51,143 bases of DNA from Bacteroidota bacterium (GTDB taxonomy: Bacteria; Bacteroidota; Bacteroidia; Chitinophagales; Chitinophagaceae), in assembly GCA_023392575.1 (NCBI GenBank), contig JAEVYV010000319.1, positions 1-51,143 on the forward strand. The letters are read 5' to 3'. The notes under the pieces were generated by a model. The model saw only the letters and a program-made list of their open reading frames with translations. It ran no database searches and was not told the origin of the DNA. The translations under genes and the position numbers were made by a program. Every line of letters begins with the position of its first letter. The first letter of the stretch is position 1. Positions 44,727-51,143 of the stretch are shown here, piece after piece.

Positions 44727-47081
44727 ATGTTTAAAAGTTACCTGAAAATAGCATGGCGAAACATCTTACGGAACAAGGGCTTCTCCATTACCAATCTCTC
44801 CGGCCTCACCATTGGCATGACCTGTACGATTTTGATTTTGTTGTGGGTGAACGATGAATTGAACTGGGATAAATTTCATCCCAACCATCAAAATATTTAC
44901 CAGGTAATGGTGAGCCGGAATTTCAATGGCGAGGTTACCACAGACCGGTCGGTGCCTTTTCCATTGGCGGACGCCATTAAAAATAATTTCCCGGAAATTA
45001 AGCACAGCAGTGTTGATGATTTTGGGTCGGATAATGTGTTGAAGTATGACGAAACGATTATTAAAAGAAGAGGCATTACAGCCAGCGCTGATTATGTCAA
45101 TTTGTTCCAATGGAAATTTTTGAAAGGGAATGCCGCCACTGCGCTGGCTAACCCGGAAAATATTGTTCTTACGCAATCCACGGCCAAAGCGCTTTTTGGC
45201 GAAACAGAACCTGTGGGTAAGATCATTAGGGTGAACAACAGTATGAACAGAACTGTTTCTGCGGTGGTGCAGGATCCACCTTCCAATTCCACGATTCAGT
45301 TTAATTTGATTGTTCCTTTTGACGCCTCAAACGAAAATATCAAACGGGCCAGCACTGATTGGGTGAACGCTTTTAGCGAAACTTTTGTGGAGGTGCAGCC
45401 GGGTACCAACATTACGGAACTGAATAAGAAAATTTCTACGCTGGCCAACAGTCACGGAGAGAATAAGGACTTTGTGTATTTCCTGCATCCCATGGATAAA
45501 TGGCGGTTGTACAGCGACTTCAAGGGTGGCGTCAATACGGGAGGTATGATTGATTATGTAAAGTTGTTTACGCTGATTGCTATTATCATCCTGTTGATTG
45601 CCTGTGTCAACTTCATGAACCTTTCCACTGCCAAGTCGGAAAAAAGGGCAAAGGAAGTAGGCATCCGTAAAACACTGGGCTCAGAAAGAAAACAATTGCT
45701 GTTGCAGTTTTACAGCGAGTCGCTGATCTTTTCTTTGCTGGCCTTTGTGCTTTCTGTGCTGGCGGTGTATGTATTACTGCCTGCGTTTAACAGCCTGGTG
45801 AACAAGCAGCTTACCTTGTCTGTCGTCAATCCGTTATTTATCGGGCTGACTTTTGTAATGATCCTTTTTACCGGGCTGATTGCCGGCAGTTACCCGGCTT
45901 TGTATTTATCTTCTTTCAATCCCATTAAAGTTTTGAAAGGAACCTTCCTTGCAGGCAGAAACGCTGCCTTGCCCCGGAAGGTTTTAGTGGTGCTGCAATT
46001 CGGCATTTCTGTTTTGTTGATCTCCTCCACCTTACTTGTGTACCAACAGATACAACATGTAAAAAACAGGGATATGGGTTATGATCCCAACAACCTCATT
46101 TCCATTCCTTCTTCCTCGGAAGCCAACCGCAATGTGGAGGTGATAAAAAATGAATTGCTGCAAACCAATTTGGTGGCTGCCATAACCCGCACCTCTTCAC
46201 CGCTGACCGAAATATGGAATTACACGCCTGCGCCGGACTGGAAAGGAAAGCCGCAGCATGCTGAACTTATTATGATCGCCATGCGCAGCGACGCTGATTT
46301 TGGAAAAACCATTGGGGCCAAACTGCTGCAGGGCAGGGACTTTTTAAATGCGCCGGGTGATTCTACCTCCATGTTGCTGAATAAAGCCGCCGTGGAAGTA
46401 ATGCAGTTGAAAGATCCTGTGGGTACGGAAATGCGCTATGGGGCACGGACATATACAGTAGTAGGTGTGACTGATAACGTGGTCATGTCTTCGCCCTATG
46501 CACCGGTAATGCCCATGATGGTCATGCTGGATAAACAGCGGGGTGCTTTTTTCATACTGCGGTTAAAGGATGGAGTGAAGCCTCAAACTGCTTTGCCCAA
46601 AATTGAAAGCATCTTTAAAAAATATAACCCGGAGGATCCTTTTGATTACAGCTTTGTTGACCAGCAGTTCAATCAAAAATTTGTAACGGAAGAACTGATA
46701 GGAAGACTCACCAATATTTTTGCAGGGTTGGCCATTTTTATTTGTTGTCTTGGCCTGTCCGGATTAACCTCCTTCACCATTGAAAAGCGTTTTAAAGAAA
46801 TTGGTATCCGCAAGGTGTTGGGTGCATCGGTGCAACAACTGCTGTACCTGGTGTCCAAAGAATTTTTGTTCCTGGTATTTATGGCGGCGCTTATCAGCAT
46901 CCCGGTAACCTGGTGGCTTTTAAACAACTGGCTGCAGAATTATGAATACCGGGTGAATCTGAGCATTTGGTTATTTGTAGGCAGTTGTGCAGGCGTATTG
47001 TTATTAACCCTGATGGTGGTGTGGCTGAATTCGTTGAGAGCCGCTTTGGCCAGTCCTGCAAAAAGTTTGCGTACGGAATAG
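44727..47081 (+). CDS. Double MacB/FtsX ABC permease 5
   Basis: Same motifs; ends SPAKSLRTE. Confidence 0.93.
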   Translation: MFKSYLKIAWRNILRNKGFSITNLSGLTIGMTCTILILLWVNDELNWDKFHPNHQNIYQVMVSRNFNGEVTTDRSVPFPLADAIKNNFPEIKHSSVDDFGSDNVLKYDETIIKRRGITASADYVNLFQWKFLKGNAATALANPENIVLTQSTAKALFGETEPVGKIIRVNNSMNRTVSAVVQDPPSNSTIQFNLIVPFDASNENIKRASTDWVNAFSETFVEVQPGTNITELNKKISTLANSHGENKDFVYFLHPMDKWRLYSDFKGGVNTGGMIDYVKLFTLIAIIILLIACVNFMNLSTAKSEKRAKEVGIRKTLGSERKQLLLQFYSESLIFSLLAFVLSVLAVYVLLPAFNSLVNKQLTLSVVNPLFIGLTFVMILFTGLIAGSYPALYLSSFNPIKVLKGTFLAGRNAALPRKVLVVLQFGISVLLISSTLLVYQQIQHVKNRDMGYDPNNLISIPSSSEANRNVEVIKNELLQTNLVAAITRTSSPLTEIWNYTPAPDWKGKPQHAELIMIAMRSDADFGKTIGAKLLQGRDFLNAPGDSTSMLLNKAAVEVMQLKDPVGTEMRYGARTYTVVGVTDNVVMSSPYAPVMPMMVMLDKQRGAFFILRLKDGVKPQTALPKIESIFKKYNPEDPFDYSFVDQQFNQKFVTEELIGRLTNIFAGLAIFICCLGLSGLTSFTIEKRFKEIGIRKVLGASVQQLLYLVSKEFLFLVFMAALISIPVTWWLLNNWLQNYEYRVNLSIWLFVGSCAGVLLLTLMVVWLNSLRAALASPAKSLRTE

Positions 47082-47164
47082 GAGTTTCATTAAATGAGAA
47101 GGGAGAAGGAAACGGAATGTAACAAGCCCTGGCTTTCTTTCGTCAAACTCTTTAAATGCCGGTT

Positions 47165-49585
47165 ATGTTCAAAAACTATTTAAAAGTTGCGCTGCGCAAT
47201 TTGTGGAAGAACAAAGGTTTTTCCGCCATCAATATCCTTGGCTTAGCCACCGGGCTTGCCACTTGTTTATTGATTGTATTGTATGTAGTGGATGAACTAA
47301 GCTACGACCGGTATAACAAGAAGGCAGAGAGAATTTACAGGGTGGATGCAGACATCCGCCTCGGTGGTGGCGACCTGCACCTGGCTGTGAGTTCCGACCC
47401 GATGGGGGCTACGCTGAAAAAAGATTATCCCCAGGTGGAAGAATACACGCGGGTGTTTGCCTCTTCGGGTTCAAAGCTGATCAAAAAAGGAACGCAGTTC
47501 ATTGAAGAGCAGGCTGTAGCCCATGTGGATTCTACTTTTTTTAATGTGTTTACACTTCCGGCCATTGAAGGTGATACCAGAACCGCTTTGAATGAACCCA
47601 ATACCGTTGTGATTACCGAAACCGCCGCCAAAAAATATTTTGGTACTGTGCATGCTTTGGGAAAAATTATTGAAGCCGACAAAACGCCTTATAAAGTAAC
47701 CGCGGTTATAAAAGATGTTCCCAAGGCTTCTCATTTTCATTTCGACTTTTTGTTTAGCATGGACAATGTAGACTATGGGTGGGGCAATTACACCAGTCAT
47801 AATTTTCAAACCTATATTGTTTTAAAAGAAGGAACCGACTACAAGGCTTTTCAAAAAAACTTCAAAACGGTCATTGAAAAATACGTGCTGCCCCAGGCCA
47901 AGCAATTCATCCAGGTAAGCAGCATGGAGGAATTTGAAAGGGCGGGGAACAAATTGCAATATTCCCTGACGCCGCTGCTCCACATTCATTTGCGTTCCGA
48001 CAGGTTCCCCGAACTGTCCACCAACGGGAACATACAGTACGTGTATATTTTCAGTGCCGTTGCCTTTTTTGTATTGCTAATCGCCTGCATCAATTTTATG
48101 AATTTATCCACGGCTCGTTCGGCCAACCGGGCCAAGGAAGTGGGTATTCGAAAAGTGCTGGGTACAGAGCGGCGAACGCTGATCGCCCAGTTTTTAATTG
48201 AGTCCATTGTCACTGTATGTATTGCCTTGCTGTTGGCCATTGGCATTGCCGCACTGGTGCTGCCGCTGTTCAATGACATTGCGGCCAAAACGCTTTCTAT
48301 AAAAGAGTTGATATGGGGTAAGCTGCTTCCTTTTTTGCTTGTTCTGCCCTTGGCAGTGGGGCTTTTGGCAGGAAGCTATCCCGCCCTGTTTCTTTCCCGG
48401 TTCAAACCCATAGCGGTGCTCAAGGGCAGCATCGGCGCCGGGTTTAAGAAAAGCAGTTTGCGCAGTGCGCTGGTGGTTTTTCAGTTTGCCGTTTCCATCA
48501 TCCTCATCATCGGTACCATCATTGTTTACAGCCAGCTTCGCTACATACAAACCAAAAACCTGGGATTCAATAAGGACCAGGTGTTAATCATCAACGGAAC
48601 GGCTGCGCTTGGAACCAATGCGGAGTCATTTAAAAACGAAGTGCTGGCCATGCAAGGCGTAAGGTCGGGCACTTACAGCAGTTTTCTTCCTGTGTCCAAT
48701 TCCTCCCGCAACGACAACACCTTTTCGAACGAGCCGGTCATGGATGCCAAAAATGGGGTGAACATGCAGCGCTGGAGCATCGACTATGATTACATCAAAA
48801 CAATGGGAATGGAAATCGTAAAGGGACGGTCGTTTTCCAAAGAGTTTGGTAGCGATTCCAGCGCCATGATCATTAACGAAACGACAGCAAAGCTCTTTGG
48901 TTTCAAAGACCCGGTGGGGAAGAAGATCTATACGTATGATGAGCACAACAAACCCATCTCCTATGATGTGATTGGCGTGGTGAAAAACTTCAATTTTGAA
49001 TCGCTGCGTCAGTCTGTTGGGCCTTTGTGCATGGTGCTGGACCGCAGCATAGGGCTGTCTTCTTTTAAGGTTAGTGCCGGCAATATACAGGGGCTGATAA
49101 GGCAAATAGAAACCAAGTGGAAGGCCCTGGCTCCGGGCATGCCGTTTAGTTACCGTTTTTTAGATGAATCCTTTGATGAAATGTACCGTGCCGAGCAAAG
49201 GGTAGGCCAGATCGCGATAACTTTTGCCGTGCTGGCCATCATTATTGCCTGCCTGGGTTTGTTTGGGCTGGTTACCTATGCCGCTGAGCAACGCATTAAA
49301 GAGATCGGCATCCGCAAAGTATTAGGTGCCAGTGTGCAGGGAATTGTGCAACTGCTGTCTAAAGATTTCATCCGGCTGGTGCTGATTGCTTTTATGATTG
49401 CGGCGCCGGTTGCCTGGTATTTTATGAATAAGTGGCTGCAGGATTTCAGCTACCGTGTAGGAATGCACTGGTGGATCTTCGTACTAGCCGGAAGCATTGC
49501 ACTGCTGATTGCTTTGGTCACCATTAGTTTTCAGGCTATTAAAGCTGCTATTGCCAACCCTGTAAAAAGTTTAAGAACCGAATAA
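47165..49585 (+). CDS. Double MacB/FtsX ABC permease 6
   Basis: Same motifs; start placed at MFKNY; ends NPVKSLRTE. Confidence 0.93.
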   Translation: MFKNYLKVALRNLWKNKGFSAINILGLATGLATCLLIVLYVVDELSYDRYNKKAERIYRVDADIRLGGGDLHLAVSSDPMGATLKKDYPQVEEYTRVFASSGSKLIKKGTQFIEEQAVAHVDSTFFNVFTLPAIEGDTRTALNEPNTVVITETAAKKYFGTVHALGKIIEADKTPYKVTAVIKDVPKASHFHFDFLFSMDNVDYGWGNYTSHNFQTYIVLKEGTDYKAFQKNFKTVIEKYVLPQAKQFIQVSSMEEFERAGNKLQYSLTPLLHIHLRSDRFPELSTNGNIQYVYIFSAVAFFVLLIACINFMNLSTARSANRAKEVGIRKVLGTERRTLIAQFLIESIVTVCIALLLAIGIAALVLPLFNDIAAKTLSIKELIWGKLLPFLLVLPLAVGLLAGSYPALFLSRFKPIAVLKGSIGAGFKKSSLRSALVVFQFAVSIILIIGTIIVYSQLRYIQTKNLGFNKDQVLIINGTAALGTNAESFKNEVLAMQGVRSGTYSSFLPVSNSSRNDNTFSNEPVMDAKNGVNMQRWSIDYDYIKTMGMEIVKGRSFSKEFGSDSSAMIINETTAKLFGFKDPVGKKIYTYDEHNKPISYDVIGVVKNFNFESLRQSVGPLCMVLDRSIGLSSFKVSAGNIQGLIRQIETKWKALAPGMPFSYRFLDESFDEMYRAEQRVGQIAITFAVLAIIIACLGLFGLVTYAAEQRIKEIGIRKVLGASVQGIVQLLSKDFIRLVLIAFMIAAPVAWYFMNKWLQDFSYRVGMHWWIFVLAGSIALLIALVTISFQAIKAAIANPVKSLRTE

Positions 49586-49598
49586 ACCAAATCTATTT

Positions 49599-51143
49599 AT
49601 GCTGCTTCATTACTTCAAAATTGCATGGCGTAACCTTTGGAAGAATAAAGTGTTTTCTGCCATTAATATGTTAGGTCTCACCGTCGGGCTTACCTGTTGT
49701 TTGCTGATGACGTTGTATGTAAAACACGAATTGAGCTATGATGACTTTCAGCAAAAGGGCGACCGCATTGCCCGCGTGATCATGGAATACAGTTTCAGCG
49801 GGTCGGTTAATAAAGGAAATTATACCAGCACCAAAGTGGCCCCTGCTTTTCAAAGAGCTTTTCCCGAGGTGGAGTCTGCGGTGCGGATGTATCAAGCCCC
49901 AAGGGTGGTTGGCTACCAAAACAATTTGTTTAACGAAAAGCGGTTCATATATGCCGATTCCAGCTTTTTTGACCTGTTTTCTTTTAAGTTGATCAAAGGA
50001 AATTCGGCAAAGGCGCTGTTTGGTCCTAATGTAGTTGTACTTACCGAATCCGCTGCGCAAAAGTATTTTGGCAAAGAAGATCCTGTGGGCAAAACCATTA
50101 AGGTGGGGAGTGGCGGGGTGGATTACCTGGTGACGGGCATCATTCAGGATTGTCCTTCCAATTCACAGATCAAATATGATTTTTTGGCTTCCTTTTCTTC
50201 GCTAAATGCCAACCAGGAAGAGACGTACTGGAATGCTAATTACACTACTTATTTTTTGCTGAAGGATAAGGATGCACTGAGCTCTTTGCAAGCTAAAATT
50301 CCCGGCTTTATGAAAAAGGAAATGGCCGGGGGATTGAGCGGTACCGATTATGTGACTTTTTGGTTAGAACCGTTTAAGCGCATCCATCTTTACTCGGAAT
50401 TCGCCGGCTTTGAGCCCAATAACAGCATTACCTATGTGTATATAGTGGGTGCGGTAGCCGTACTGATGCTATTGATTGCCTGTTTCACCTACATTAATTT
50501 AAGCACGGCACGGTCCATGGAACGGGCAAAAGAAGTTGGAGTGAGAAAGGTAGCCGGGGCGGAAAGAGGCCAGATCTTTTGGCAGTTTATTTTAGAGTCT
50601 TTTATTCTTTCTGTGCTGGCACTTATAATAAGCCTGGGGGCGGTAATGGTTGTTTTGCCGGCCTTTAACCATTTGGCGGACCGGAATCTTAGCGTGGCGG
50701 TCTTATTTACTCCTTTCATGATGGCCTTTTATGTGCTGGTGATTGGTTGCATTAGTGTGCTGGCCGGAAGTTATCCGGCGATAGTGTTGTCACGGTTCCA
50801 ACCGGTAAAGGTGCTGAAAGGCGCATTTAAAAATACGTCGTCGGGGCTTTGGCTGCGCAGATCGTTGATCGTGTTTCAGTTTGTGATATCGGTGTTCCTG
50901 ATCATAGCCACCTTTATTATTCAAAACCAGCTGCATTTCATTCAAACCAAAAACCTGGGGTATAACCGGGAGCATATTTTGGTACTGCCGCTTGATGGAA
51001 AGATGCAGGAAAACATGGCCACCATAAAAACTGAATTCAAGGCCAACTCCGGGGTGCTGCATGTCTCAAGAGCCGTTCATGATCCCACCAATATTTTGGG
51101 CGGGTATAATATGCGAAGACCGGACACCGGTGGACCTCCCGGT
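49599..51143 (+). CDS. Double MacB/FtsX ABC permease 7 (truncated by the window edge; absent from the ORF track)
   Basis: Hand-translated start MLLHYFKIAWRNLWKNKVFSAINMLGL; later INLSTARSMERAKEVGVRKVAGA. Confidence 0.88.
   Translation, partial: MLLHYFKIAWRNLWKNKVFSAINMLGLTVGLTCCLLMTLYVKHELSYDDFQQKGDRIARVIMEYSFSGSVNKGNYTSTKVAPAFQRAFPEVESAVRMYQAPRVVGYQNNLFNEKRFIYADSSFFDLFSFKLIKGNSAKALFGPNVVVLTESAAQKYFGKEDPVGKTIKVGSGGVDYLVTGIIQDCPSNSQIKYDFLASFSSLNANQEETYWNANYTTYFLLKDKDALSSLQAKIPGFMKKEMAGGLSGTDYVTFWLEPFKRIHLYSEFAGFEPNNSITYVYIVGAVAVLMLLIACFTYINLSTARSMERAKEVGVRKVAGAERGQIFWQFILESFILSVLALIISLGAVMVVLPAFNHLADRNLSVAVLFTPFMMAFYVLVIGCISVLAGSYPAIVLSRFQPVKVLKGAFKNTSSGLWLRRSLIVFQFVISVFLIIATFIIQNQLHFIQTKNLGYNREHILVLPLDGKMQENMATIKTEFKANSGVLHVSRAVHDPTNILGGYNMRRPDTGGPPG

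Noticed and set aside
34953..51143. Diversity-generating retroelement or invertase-driven shuffling of the permeases
   Set aside because: No reverse transcriptase, recombinase or adenine-specific template/variable repeat pair is visible in the window.

Overview
Bacteroidota-type chromosomal DNA, probably Chitinophagaceae (inferred from gene content and TAnnTTTG promoters), in three zones. (1) 1-13.4 kb is an accessory, repeat-rich zone centred on a REP-associated HUH tyrosine transposase (RAYT/TnpA-REP, 9013-9564). About 15 full, variant or truncated REP-like hairpins lie here and I saw none further right. Several form inverted doublets, and matching repeat units bracket individual genes: an AT-rich TlpA-like gene between inverted ends, an AT-rich acyltransferase between ~92-bp direct repeats, and a four-gene block between ~105-bp direct repeats. 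(2) 13.4-32.3 kb is mostly housekeeping and regulatory genes (ahcY, Lrp, an Omp85-like protein, valS, a PAS kinase/NarL pair, clpS, guanine deaminase, a sigma54 two-component pair), with many intergenic inverted 7-9-nt microsatellite tracts. (3) 32.7 kb to the end is a probable sigma54-driven operon: one membrane-fusion protein, an unlisted 49-aa secreted peptide, one ABC ATPase and at least seven tandem, diverged double-MacB/FtsX permeases. The best candidates for an undescribed system are the RAYT with REP-bounded cargo genes and the permease array with its small peptide. All calls come from reading the sequence; no searches were run.
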